This document shows positions 1 to 9,281 of a stretch of 64,000 nt of DNA, piece by piece. The number at the start of each line of letters is the position of its first letter. The stretch's first letter is position 1. The notes beneath the pieces are model-generated. The model ran no database searches and was not told the origin of the DNA. It saw only the letters and a list, made by a program, of their open reading frames with translations. Made by a program: the position numbers and the translations under genes. Origin of the DNA: Giardia intestinalis (lineage: Eukaryota); assembly GCA_000002435.2 (NCBI GenBank), contig CM018790.1. The stretch is one strand, 5' to 3'.

Positions 1-592
1 GGGGAAGCTTGCGACACGATTCGAAGTTTGATAGAACAAATTGGAGGTTTGCTATCCTTACTTGCTTGTTTGGCTCCACGAGATCTAGCTTCACTGATGA
101 GTTGTTTGTGTAATCAACCTCACGGAGGTAGATATTTGCAAGCTTGATGTCACGAAACACGTATCCTTTGTCATGGATGTGTTGCAAGGCAGAAGAAATA
201 TCAAGGAGAATTGCCCACAAAAAGGGCTCCGAAAAGGTTTTCGATAACTTTTTATAGCGCTGCATTTGCCTCTGCATGTCTTTGTGCTGTAAGTGTTCAA
301 GAGCAATTAAGCCAGTTGTACCCTCCTGTGCATATCCACGTATGGTGAGTATGTTGCGATGTGGCCCAAGATCCAAAAGTGTTTCAGCCTCCTTCAGTGT
401 GTTTTCCAGTACATCCATCTCGTTTGAATAGCGCTCCTTTAGAAGAACTAATTCTCCTGTACGAATATATGCTGCAACCATTTCTCGTCCACGACGAGAA
501 CGCGCTACTATATTTGCAATCTTAAAGTCGTCGAGAGATGCAAAGCACAGCGTCTGGAACCGCTGCCCACAAGAGTGAACTTGTGTACTCAT
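1..592 (-). CDS. Protein kinase catalytic domain, N-terminal part. The gene runs off the window start, so the 3' end is missing. It has an HRD-type catalytic loop but no obvious Gly-loop or DFG, so it may be a NEK-like pseudokinase.
   Basis: Hand translation of the minus strand from ATG at 592 to position 2 is open with no stops. Motifs seen: LGPHRNILTIRGY and HDKGYVFRDIKLANIYL (HRDxKxxN-like). It is absent from the ORF track because there is no in-window stop. Giardia has a large NEK family, many catalytically inactive. Confidence 0.6.
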   Translation of the reverse strand, partial: MSTQVHSCGQRFQTLCFASLDDFKIANIVARSRRGREMVAAYIRTGELVLLKERYSNEMDVLENTLKEAETLLDLGPHRNILTIRGYAQEGTTGLIALEHLQHKDMQRQMQRYKKLSKTFSEPFLWAILLDISSALQHIHDKGYVFRDIKLANIYLREVDYTNNSSVKLDLVEPNKQVRIANLQFVLSNFESCRKLP

Positions 593-737
593 TGGTTAGT
601 CACTAGGAGGTTTGAGAAGCTCGTGAATGCTGCCTGAAACAAAGACTTGAGTTTAATTTAAAATTTCAGCATGCCGAAAATACATGCAGGGAACAGAGCA
701 GGGAGCGGAGCAGGGGATTCAGAAAATAATAATAAAG

Positions 738-1085
738 CTAGGCAAACTTCATAAAACCTATCATGGCCCCAATAGAGTAAAGGAATAATAGCCATGCAAG
801 GATTATACTAGGGCGTAATTCCACCAGGTCATAGATGTAGAAACCAGAATAAAGAAAATAAAGAACAACCCCGAAGATGGACGAAACAAGGCTTCCCATT
901 ATTATGCTGGCGAGGAGATAAGTTATAGGAACGCTTATGTACGCGAAAAACCGTTTATTATCTTTTGGAAGTTTAGCGGCGAATATTAACCCTGTAAGTA
1001 GATATGCCGGCACCAGAAACGTTAAGGAGAGATAGATAGATGACGTTATCGTCTTTGTTAACGTTCCATCGGCACTATTAGCCAT
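738..1085 (-). CDS. Small hypothetical protein (115 aa) with 3-4 predicted transmembrane helices.
   Basis: Complete ORF with a true ATG at 1085. It is hydrophobic throughout. It is divergent from ArfGAP, with only 10 bp between the two ATGs sharing an AT-rich initiator. Confidence 0.4.
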   Translation of the reverse strand: MANSADGTLTKTITSSIYLSLTFLVPAYLLTGLIFAAKLPKDNKRFFAYISVPITYLLASIIMGSLVSSIFGVVLYFLYSGFYIYDLVELRPSIILAWLLFLYSIGAMIGFMKFA

Positions 1086-1095
1086 TTATTTTAAA
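1086..1095. promoter_or_regulatory. AT-rich 10-bp spacer (TATTTTAAA) between divergent start codons at 1085 (-) and 1096 (+). Putative shared bidirectional initiator.
   Basis: Sequence cat|TTATTTTAAA|atg. Giardia promoters are short AT-rich elements sitting immediately at the start codon. Confidence 0.35.
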
Positions 1096-1587
1096 ATGGA
1101 GTCAGATCTTCTGCGAGATAGACTCCTCGCGGCACAGAAAGCACTGGGGCCCACGTGCTTCGATTGCGGCGCAAAGAACCCCACATGGGCCTCTATCAAG
1201 CTGGGAATCTTTCTCTGCATGAATTGCGCAGGTCGTCACAGGAGCTACGGTACACATATCTCCTTCATACGATCTTTAACACTCGACAAGTGGACAGAAG
1301 ATCAGGTGAGGCTTGTCGAGGTGGGCGGCAATAATGCGTTTCGCCAGTATCTTCAGCAAGAGGGGATATCACATCCGCTTCAGTATCAGCAAACAGATCT
1401 GGGTCCCTATAGGGAGCTTCTTCAGGAAAGGGCCTCTGCATCATATAGAAACACTGACCCGGAAAAGCAGCCGTGGTCGGGATCTTCAGGCTTAAAAACA
1501 AAAGCGCAGCCGCAAGCCGTTGTGAACACGATGGTTGAGGATTCGCCGTACCGGCGTACGCTGGGTAGAATTGTGCGTCTTGAGTAA
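1096..1587 (+). CDS. ADP-ribosylation factor GTPase-activating protein (ArfGAP domain protein).
   Basis: ArfGAP zinc finger [32 protein letters not shown] (C-x2-C-x16-C-x2-C, arginine finger). True ATG at 1096 preceded by AT-rich sequence. Confidence 0.85.
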   Translation: MESDLLRDRLLAAQKALGPTCFDCGAKNPTWASIKLGIFLCMNCAGRHRSYGTHISFIRSLTLDKWTEDQVRLVEVGGNNAFRQYLQQEGISHPLQYQQTDLGPYRELLQERASASYRNTDPEKQPWSGSSGLKTKAQPQAVVNTMVEDSPYRRTLGRIVRLE

Positions 1588-1673
1588 ACGATTCTGGACT
1601 GGATGGTGGAAATCACTCAGGGCGTTTTGAGCACTGATGTTGGAGTTTGTCTTAGGTTGGAAAAAATAGACAC

Positions 1674-3515
1674 ATGCTGCCCAACGATTTTTCTCTTCCA
1701 AAGGAGCTTCAATGGCTAGAGACGATCGGTACCTCTGCTACGTTAACGGGCGATGTACTGGCAGATAAGATCGTCGACATTCACAGCACAACTTACTCAT
1801 CTGAAGCGATAAATAGCGCCCGACGGCTTTGGGCTCGGGTTGGAGCCCGCGCAACTCATATGGGAGATAAGTATAAGGACTTGCTGGACGCCATTTATGC
1901 GAAGCATACGATTGTCACCATCTCTCTGGTATGCTACTATTGTAAAAGGAGCAATCCGCGGGACTTAGTATGTCAGGATCTTGAGCGGTTCTTTCAAACA
2001 GTCAGTGACGTTCTTTCGCTATCTATCACCGATGAGATGCTACCGATTTCCGACTCCCATGTTAGGCTTCTACTTCAGCATTTGTTGAGCAACGACGAGA
2101 CCAAGTTGGCGTTTTTCGATTTTATATTTGACTGTAATACCTGTGAGGAGGGAACCACGCAAGTCACATTTGAAAATGCTTGCAGGGTGCTTTTGGTATT
2201 CTTTTCTAGACACAAACTTTTGTCCAGCCTTTTAGAGTACTTTAGAAACAGTGGCACAATGATGGTGAGTAAGTATCTATGGCCAATGATCTTCAACTTT
2301 CTATCAACGTATTCCAGTGTAGAGGCTATTTCTGACAATTATAATTTCAGTTCGTCAATCTACCCCTTAATTATAGATAAGTTCTGCAAGTACATTACTG
2401 GCATCTCTGGAGTAGATGGAGCAGCAAGTAGAGTAGGCCAAAGATCAGAACTATCTGATATGCCAACCAGAACTGGTTCTACTCGGCAATGCTTGGAAGA
2501 CATAGACTCGGTGTTGTTTCAGCAACATGATAGTGCCAGGACAGACCTGACTCCGCAACCGGAGTCGTTGATAAGAACCCCCACCGCTACCAAACGAGTG
2601 CAGTTTGCAGGACTCAGGGATGACTCTCTTCTAGAGCATCCATCGCCTCCAAAGATTAACATTACTCCATCTTCTACTAAGGTTGACGCTCCTGTCCATG
2701 TTATAACCCCACTCACACAGCCGAAAAAGGATCGGCCTCCATCAGCGCTTTCTCAAAAGCAAATGGAGCTAGCTGCCCGTTTAGCTGCATTTAAGGCATC
2801 AAGCCAGCGGCGCTCATTGGGCTCTACGATACACGAGTCATCTCATAAGACAGATAACGCTAGCAGCGGTACATCCAATGACGCAGACGGCTCTAAAGCT
2901 ATTGTAAAGGCAAGCGGAAGTGTCTCTCGGGATAGATTGGCTCGAATCCATTCACTAGTTACAAATCCATATAAGTACCTCTCTCCTGTTGCAGAAATAA
3001 TACTGGAAGCGAGACAAAAACTTGCAGCACGTCAATCGACTCGGGAGCAAGAGTATCCCAGACAGCTCCATAGGAATTCTGTGACAGAGACAATGCAGTC
3101 GTCCACTGTGCCGTGCGCTGCAACACCTTCTATTTCGTTGCAAGGTTGTAGTGCAGACAGCTTCAATCAAACGTCAAAGCTAGCCACCTCAGCTATAACA
3201 ACGCCATTGGTGACCGATCACTCTGCTAGCAGCATTGTGCCTACTCCACTACAGCACCAGAGACAGTCTCACCCAACGGTTTCTGATATCGCTACCAAGT
3301 ATACTGCACGGAGGAGCTCATTCAGACCGGATTGTATTACTTTACAACCAGCACAGAGCGTCGCTGCACCTAGTATATCTCTCACTCCATCTGTGGGAGC
3401 TTCATCTACACATAGCGGTGGACCTATTACTGGTATGCGTCAACTATCTGCCACTGCTGCTAAGTACATTACTACTCAGATAAGTCAAACAAGCAAAGTT
3501 GATCAGGATAAATAA
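1674..3515 (+). CDS. Hypothetical protein (613 aa) with a Ser/Thr-rich C-terminal half.
   Basis: Long ORF with ATG at 1674 preceded by AAAAAATAGACAC. AGTAAAC motif 43 nt after the stop. No recognisable domain. Confidence 0.5.
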   Translation: MLPNDFSLPKELQWLETIGTSATLTGDVLADKIVDIHSTTYSSEAINSARRLWARVGARATHMGDKYKDLLDAIYAKHTIVTISLVCYYCKRSNPRDLVCQDLERFFQTVSDVLSLSITDEMLPISDSHVRLLLQHLLSNDETKLAFFDFIFDCNTCEEGTTQVTFENACRVLLVFFSRHKLLSSLLEYFRNSGTMMVSKYLWPMIFNFLSTYSSVEAISDNYNFSSSIYPLIIDKFCKYITGISGVDGAASRVGQRSELSDMPTRTGSTRQCLEDIDSVLFQQHDSARTDLTPQPESLIRTPTATKRVQFAGLRDDSLLEHPSPPKINITPSSTKVDAPVHVITPLTQPKKDRPPSALSQKQMELAARLAAFKASSQRRSLGSTIHESSHKTDNASSGTSNDADGSKAIVKASGSVSRDRLARIHSLVTNPYKYLSPVAEIILEARQKLAARQSTREQEYPRQLHRNSVTETMQSSTVPCAATPSISLQGCSADSFNQTSKLATSAITTPLVTDHSASSIVPTPLQHQRQSHPTVSDIATKYTARRSSFRPDCITLQPAQSVAAPSISLTPSVGASSTHSGGPITGMRQLSATAAKYITTQISQTSKVDQDK

Positions 3516-3557
3516 GCACACAAACTTGCACCATTGAATTTCTTTAACCACTGATGG

Positions 3558-3564
3558 AGTAAAC
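3558..3564 (+). promoter_or_regulatory. AGTAAAC, putative Giardia-type polyadenylation signal for the 1674..3515 gene.
   Basis: Matches AGTRAAY 43 nt after the stop. Confidence 0.35.
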
Positions 3565-3939
3565 TGACTTTGGTAAACCAACTGTGCAGGCACAGACTAG
3601 GATTTGCCAGGCTGCAGATGTACACTGTATCCATTAACAGTGTGGGCGCGTATTTGGTCAGGCTTTAGGTCCTTACTAATAGATGATTTTGCACATTTCC
3701 TAAGGGATATCCATGCAAGGATCAATCAATTAAACTTTGGACAGCCTTCGATACTTTTGTAGTTATAAGATGAGATCGGTATCTGCCAGGAACACCGTAT
3801 ATCACAAATTAACCTCATGAAATAAAAGGCAGATGAAACCATATTGCCATGCAAGAAAGCATATCTTCTAATTTTGATAGACTGCAGAGTATAGTGCAAG
3901 TCATAAAGTGGTTAGCATAGGTTTACTCTATCCACCGGG

Positions 3940-4990
3940 ATCGGTTTGCTAGCCGCGACCCGAGCCAGTCCCGCGGAAGAAGAGCTTTGTGCTTCCTCCG
4001 AGGCAATAGCGGATGCACCGGAGACCCTGAGGCTGGCAGTGGATGCGCCAGTCACTCACCACCCGAGCCGAGCTGGTCTGGACAGACTCACCACGCGACC
4101 CCTACGGATCCCTCGGAGGGCAGGCCTGCCCTCTGGACGCCCGGCTCGAACAACAGTGGACCGAGCTCCTGGCTACGCAGGACAGCGGCGGTCGGGAGTC
4201 CACCACAAGCAGCTGCGCGGTGCCTGACACCTCGACGTGAGACGTGGCATCACAGCAGGCTGCCGAGCGGGACAACCAAGCGGCGAACCGGTCCTGATCG
4301 CTTCTGATGCTTTGGACGATGCCTCGACAGACCGAATCATTCCCCCAAGCGTGCTGTGCGGTGCAGATGGACCAGCCCACACGTCACTGAGCCAGACGCA
4401 CTGCACAGGGTGAGCGCTGACATGATCTCGTGCTGGGTGACGGACCACCTGCAAAAGCGCCCTGCGATCCGTGAGCAGAGGGCCGGACCTCTCCCCGACA
4501 CAACGCATGGGAGTACTCCATCGGCATCCACGAACGCGTACTATGACTCCAAGATGGAGGCGTATGGGGAGCGCACCTCCGACAATAGGGTCGATGATCC
4601 ACGTCATGGGGAGACAAAGAGGCACCCGAGGAACGGGGTAGACACCCGAGGTCGTGGCGTGCGATCCTCGTCGTAGAGCACCAGGGCCACGTGGAGGCCA
4701 GGCTGCTGTGACCGACGGCAGGCCCGGGACAGCAGGTGCTCAATAGCTATCAGGCGATGGTTGACCCCGACGAGCCAGAGGAAGGGGGAACCCTGGAGGC
4801 ACCGCGAGGAGCGGCAGCTTCCAGGGGAGGGGGGCATAGAAGTTCTTCCGCCGGGATCCGAGGACATCCGACTCCCGAACTCTGGATTTGGATTCCAGCC
4901 GATGCAAGGGCGAGAGAGACCCGCTTGCCCAGAGCGGCGGTGGCTCGCACGAGGGGGTTTACTCGGGTAGCAGCCGGCAAACAAATTTCG
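3940..4990 (+). repeat. Truncated, diverged third copy of the GC-rich dispersed repeat found in both arms of the large inverted repeat. The core 4258..4872 is near-identical to 38533..39147; the flanks are only ~70% similar.
   Basis: ORF translations in 4102..4984 are identical to those in 21487..22415 and 38340..39268 up to defined break points. GC-rich (>60%) against ~45% for the surroundings. Direct nucleotide comparison of the flanks shows diverged homology. Confidence 0.7.
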
Positions 4991-5047
4991 GTAGTGCCTT
5001 CTTACATGTGAATTTACAGTTACTGTAGAGTATAGCCTCTAAGAAAA

Positions 5048-6415
5048 ATGAGCCAAAGAGGGCGAGCTAAGCTCAACCAATACAGTAAAGGAGTCTCTCA
5101 CTCCTCAAGGCTAAGTAGGACGGTTAACGACTTCTCCCAAGCTAGTACCCTCAACGATACTCTTCACATTCAGCAAACTCACTCAATGGATAATTACATG
5201 TACCCAAAGAAACCACCAGAGGTCTCACAATATATCGCAGAGCGCTATGGAATGTCGTGGGCTGACAGCGAAGGCAAGATGCGTAGATCGCTGACTACAC
5301 TAATAGCACGCTCTCAATCATCTCATGAGGGACTTCTGGAACTTGACGCCGAACTGAAGACGCTTGCTAATAAGGTGAATAGCTACGCTTCATCTTCCTT
5401 AGATCAGCCCGATACCAGCAAACGAGCATGCCTTCTATTAGAACAGGTTATAGAAATGAAAGCAGAGTTCTATGAAAGACTTGACAGCGCGCTCAATCAA
5501 CTTAGCAAGTTATCTACTGCTCATAGCAACACCCTTCAAGTGCTAGACGCAGAAAAACAACGCGTAGAAGCTCTCACTAAAGAGGTGGACCAGCTTCGTG
5601 TAGACTACAGTATGTGCAGAGATGCCAATGCAGCTCAAGCAGCAAGTCTCACTGATACTCAAATGAAATTGCTCGAGACGTCCTCATTTCTGGAAACCGC
5701 GAAGAAGAATATCACAGTCCTTAATGATGAGAATTCCCAGCTCAGAGACTCCCTTCAATTCACAAATCATGAACTGGCAGACATCAAAACTGTACACCGT
5801 AGCCAAACTGAATCCTTCGAAGCGCTTCTTGAGCGATCCTCTGCCCGCGAGCAAACCCTTCTAAAAGAACTAGATGAACTTCAACGTGCCTACACAGAAG
5901 AAAAGGATCTATATGCAACGAGAGTTGAGCGTATACATTACTTGTCTTCTGAGATAAGTTCTCTTCAGAAACAAGTTTCTAAGCAACGGGGACATGCTAA
6001 AATATACAAAATCAAGACAGGACAGCTCCGCAGAATAGCAAGGGAATTAAAGGTAATGATACGGAACAACACAGCTATGAGTGCACAGGATACTGATCTT
6101 CTAACACAAAAGGATGCACAAATAGCAGCAATGATGAAAAAGCTAGAAGAGTATAGAGCACGAGCCAAAAGAGCTTCCAGCCATGAGTGTAAGCTCGCTA
6201 GTCAAAGAAGTGAAATAGAGAGATTATCTACGTATGTGGCTACCTTAGAACAGGATTTAGATCGCTATAAAGCCAGAAGACTCAAGTTTAGTGCACCCAC
6301 AAAGGTTATGACAGCATCGAAAGATGGGAAATCAATGCATTTGAGCATATCAGATGATGGGCCTCGGTCTGAGGGGTTCTTTGCCAGTACACGAAGCTAC
6401 TGTGCGGTACTTTAG
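5048..6415 (+). CDS. Coiled-coil protein (455 aa), function unknown.
   Basis: Long ORF with ATG at 5048 preceded by AAGAAAA. Heptad-rich, Q/E/L/K-rich sequence. AGTAAAC at 6441..6447, 26 nt past the stop. Confidence 0.55.
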   Translation: MSQRGRAKLNQYSKGVSHSSRLSRTVNDFSQASTLNDTLHIQQTHSMDNYMYPKKPPEVSQYIAERYGMSWADSEGKMRRSLTTLIARSQSSHEGLLELDAELKTLANKVNSYASSSLDQPDTSKRACLLLEQVIEMKAEFYERLDSALNQLSKLSTAHSNTLQVLDAEKQRVEALTKEVDQLRVDYSMCRDANAAQAASLTDTQMKLLETSSFLETAKKNITVLNDENSQLRDSLQFTNHELADIKTVHRSQTESFEALLERSSAREQTLLKELDELQRAYTEEKDLYATRVERIHYLSSEISSLQKQVSKQRGHAKIYKIKTGQLRRIARELKVMIRNNTAMSAQDTDLLTQKDAQIAAMMKKLEEYRARAKRASSHECKLASQRSEIERLSTYVATLEQDLDRYKARRLKFSAPTKVMTASKDGKSMHLSISDDGPRSEGFFASTRSYCAVL

Positions 6416-6440
6416 CATTATGCAATTATTAATCTGACCC

Positions 6441-6447
6441 AGTAAAC
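6441..6447 (+). promoter_or_regulatory. AGTAAAC, putative polyadenylation signal of the 5048..6415 gene.
   Basis: AGTRAAY consensus 26 nt after the stop. Confidence 0.35.
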
Positions 6448-6469
6448 CTAGAAATCGTCTAAGATAAAT

Positions 6470-7372
6470 ATGAATGTACCGACAACCGCAAAGGACTTAC
6501 TTTTGCTATATGCAAAGGAGCCCTGTGCATCCAGTTCGCTGAAAGAGGATGAGTCTGTACCTCAAAATTACCTTTCCAAACGGCACCTGCTCTTCTCTCG
6601 CTTTGACGAAGGAATACAGTTGACCCCTGAAATGTGGTATTCCGTGTGTGCTGAGTGCTTCGCACATACAATAGCAAAAGTGCTTAGCAACCATATTCAA
6701 CGCAGAGGATATGTTCTGGACTTATTTGGGGGTGCTGGAGGGCAGGCCATTGGGTTTGCTTTAGAAGGCCACAGTGTTCATTCCATAGAATACAGCGAAC
6801 AGCATTGCGCACTTATCCACAACAATGCTCGAGTTTACGGGGTCTCACATCTAGTTTTTCCAGTTTGTTGTGATGTATTTACTCAAGCTCTACGCTTTTG
6901 CACTTCTGGGGCAACTCCACAAAAGTATGACTGTGTGGTTCTATCTCCACCGTGGGGAGGTCCTGGATATTGGCGGAACGGTGATTTGGACTTCTGCAAA
7001 TTGAGAATAAATAAGTACAAGGGATCGCAACTTGTCAGCCTTATGTGCAGACTGGTAGATTCAGGAATCAGTAAGAGATTTATTCTCCACCTTCCACGAA
7101 ATACTACTACCCGTTCTATCTATTCTGTTGGTGCACGAGTTGCGCGACATATTTCCAGGGTTGCAATACAGGAGCTGGGTAGTACCAAAGCCGATTTCTT
7201 AACAAGCTCAGTGATAGTATCCGAAATGCAATTAAACGGTCGTGTTAGCTTCCTTGCCGTTTACATTGGTTGTTGGAATAAGAAATTGATCAGGGACATT
7301 GACAACCAAGCAGTCTTGTTCACACCGTCGGACGGCCATAGTAGCAGAGTTCCCTGTGGCCATCTCGTGTGA
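6470..7372 (+). CDS. TGS1: Trimethylguanosine synthase (TGS1-type RNA cap guanine-N2 methyltransferase).
   Basis: SAM-binding motif I VLDLFGGAGGQAIGFA and the TGS1 signature SPPWGGP (VVLSPPWGGPGY). Also a downstream LPRN motif, as in human TGS1. Confidence 0.85.
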   Translation: MNVPTTAKDLLLLYAKEPCASSSLKEDESVPQNYLSKRHLLFSRFDEGIQLTPEMWYSVCAECFAHTIAKVLSNHIQRRGYVLDLFGGAGGQAIGFALEGHSVHSIEYSEQHCALIHNNARVYGVSHLVFPVCCDVFTQALRFCTSGATPQKYDCVVLSPPWGGPGYWRNGDLDFCKLRINKYKGSQLVSLMCRLVDSGISKRFILHLPRNTTTRSIYSVGARVARHISRVAIQELGSTKADFLTSSVIVSEMQLNGRVSFLAVYIGCWNKKLIRDIDNQAVLFTPSDGHSSRVPCGHLV

Positions 7373-8501
7373 AGTTCACAAGCGCATAGTCTTCTAGATC
7401 ATTGTAGCCCTCCTTTTTCAAGCAAAGATCCAATATTTTGTCGAGCTCATAGTAATTGACCATCACCAGGCCACATGCAGATATCTCTTCATCCCAATCG
7501 ATGGTGAGACGAGGGCACGCCAATTGGGCAAAGAAGAGCACATCTTTATGGGGCAACAAATAATGTGGGAGGACTTCACTAAGAGATAGCACCTTTATCG
7601 GTACACAGAGACTGCGTAGCTTATTCAGGAGTGTCTCAAAAACAATTGGAGAGCCTTGCCGGCCCAGTGTCCCGAATACCACGCCAACTCTTTTTCCTGA
7701 GAAGCCTCCTGCAAAAGCTTGCACAGGCCTGTTTAGTAACTCGGTTAATGCCTCTGCACACTCTCTGATAGTTTTCAACCTGCTATTAATCTTACTATGC
7801 GTGTCATACCTAATGCTTTCATACACACCTGTCACAGGAGAGAGCCGGTATGCAGGGAGGTGAGAATTGCTTAGACAAGCTGCCTCGTAGTGAAAGTCGC
7901 CGTCTACAACGCTAACAACAGCGTCTGTTCCAGGCGGAAACTTCTTACAAGTACATCCAAGGATCTCATACTTCGGAAGAGGGCTCTGCTCTTCCCCAAC
8001 AATGTTGATCTTTGACCCTCTGTCGTCCAGAATCGGTTGCACGTGAAGTAAGCATGCAGCAAATTGTGCGGTGGTCACCAAACCAACTGTTTTGTAACTA
8101 TGTGTCCTACACATGTCCATGAGCCCGTCTGCAATCACAGTGGCACTTCCTCTGGTATCAATAACTGGGACATAGATGACATCTACTAGACTGGTTGGAA
8201 CAATCTTTGAATGACCAAAGTGAACAAGTACATCTACTCCCATAAGCATGGAGCCAATATCGTCAATATTGCATGCGCCATAAAGGACATCAGCGAAGAT
8301 AACATACTCTATCGCTACCCCGTTGGCTGCCTTAAGCATTCCTTCAAGGGCATTACAAACTTCTATGGCCTGCTCCATTAAGCCCTCAGGGAACTGTAGC
8401 CCTACTGCATAAAAGCCTCGAGACGTGGTACGACCCTGCAGAACTGACTTTACTTCATCTACTATGCACTCTAAACTAAAGTTCATTTTTAGACAATTCA
8501 T
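7320..8501 (-). CDS. DPH1: Diphthamide biosynthesis protein 1 (2-(3-amino-3-carboxypropyl)histidine synthase, Dph1).
   Basis: Blocks matching Dph1: GLQFPEGL, ADVLYGACNIDD, LVHFGHS, EILGCT, PAYRLSP, GTLGRQGSP, LACPRLTIDWD. Its 3' end overlaps the TGS1 3' end by 53 bp (convergent). Confidence 0.85.
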   Translation of the reverse strand: MNCLKMNFSLECIVDEVKSVLQGRTTSRGFYAVGLQFPEGLMEQAIEVCNALEGMLKAANGVAIEYVIFADVLYGACNIDDIGSMLMGVDVLVHFGHSKIVPTSLVDVIYVPVIDTRGSATVIADGLMDMCRTHSYKTVGLVTTAQFAACLLHVQPILDDRGSKINIVGEEQSPLPKYEILGCTCKKFPPGTDAVVSVVDGDFHYEAACLSNSHLPAYRLSPVTGVYESIRYDTHSKINSRLKTIRECAEALTELLNRPVQAFAGGFSGKRVGVVFGTLGRQGSPIVFETLLNKLRSLCVPIKVLSLSEVLPHYLLPHKDVLFFAQLACPRLTIDWDEEISACGLVMVNYYELDKILDLCLKKEGYNDLEDYALVNFTRDGHRELCYYGRPTV

Positions 8502-8697
8502 CCGGATATTGAGATACTACTGAGATACAAATAGACCTTTCCTCTAGACAGTGGATAATAAGAGAAGAACGCTGAGAAAAAACGAACAAAAAAGTAAAGC
8601 AAACCTGCTCTATCGGCTAGGACTTATGAGCCTTTCAGAGGATAAGAGTTAGCATCCTCGATATCTCCTAATGTTAAGGGATCGCAGGTAGAGGTAT

Positions 8698-9147
8698 CTA
8701 AGACAGATGGCCAGGGACGGTTGAAATAAGAGTGAAAAATGTGGTCTCATATTGATTCTGATCGCTTTCCTCCTTAATGGGGAGCTTAAGTGCAATAGCT
8801 ATCTGCACAGCGAGCAAATGCCTGCAAAAAGTGCACATGATACTGAACCGTGAACATAGGTTCTCCTTTGGCAATTTTGTTTGCAGCCGGAGAGGATGGC
8901 AGCAGCTACAGTACCCTTCATCTGGGAGGACAAGGCATATCTGAGCGTGATCCACGACGGTATAGAATACGCTGCCAAACAATCCGCGAGCAGGACGATA
9001 TACAGTTATGTGTTGTGTGGAGTCTAAGAGCATGGCTACATGCTCTAATTCTTCCGGATAAAAGCACTGCAGGTCGGAAAAATCCTGCTCTACTAGATGC
9101 CCGCGGGTAGCAATCCGTTGAAAAATTGCGTCAAGAATCCGATCCAT
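8698..9147 (-). CDS. SWIM-type zinc-finger protein resembling ZSWIM7/Sws1, a homologous-recombination mediator.
   Basis: Motif GYCSCCHP...CTFCRHLLAVQIA, compared with the Sws1/ZSWIM7 signature CxCPxF...CKHLLAV. The track start at 9174 is a TTG; the first ATG is at 9147, preceded by AT-rich sequence. Confidence 0.5.
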   Translation of the reverse strand: MDRILDAIFQRIATRGHLVEQDFSDLQCFYPEELEHVAMLLDSTQHITVYRPARGLFGSVFYTVVDHAQICLVLPDEGYCSCCHPLRLQTKLPKENLCSRFSIMCTFCRHLLAVQIAIALKLPIKEESDQNQYETTFFTLISTVPGHLS

Positions 9148-9281
9148 CAAATTAAATGCGTTTGCGCAAATCAATTTATAAGTTACCCAATTACATTAAT
9201 TGTAGAAGGCTAGCTCTGCGTTAGGATGCTTTACCTATGCATCATGACGTAGTACAGTAGCTCGCAGCGCAGATAGCATTA

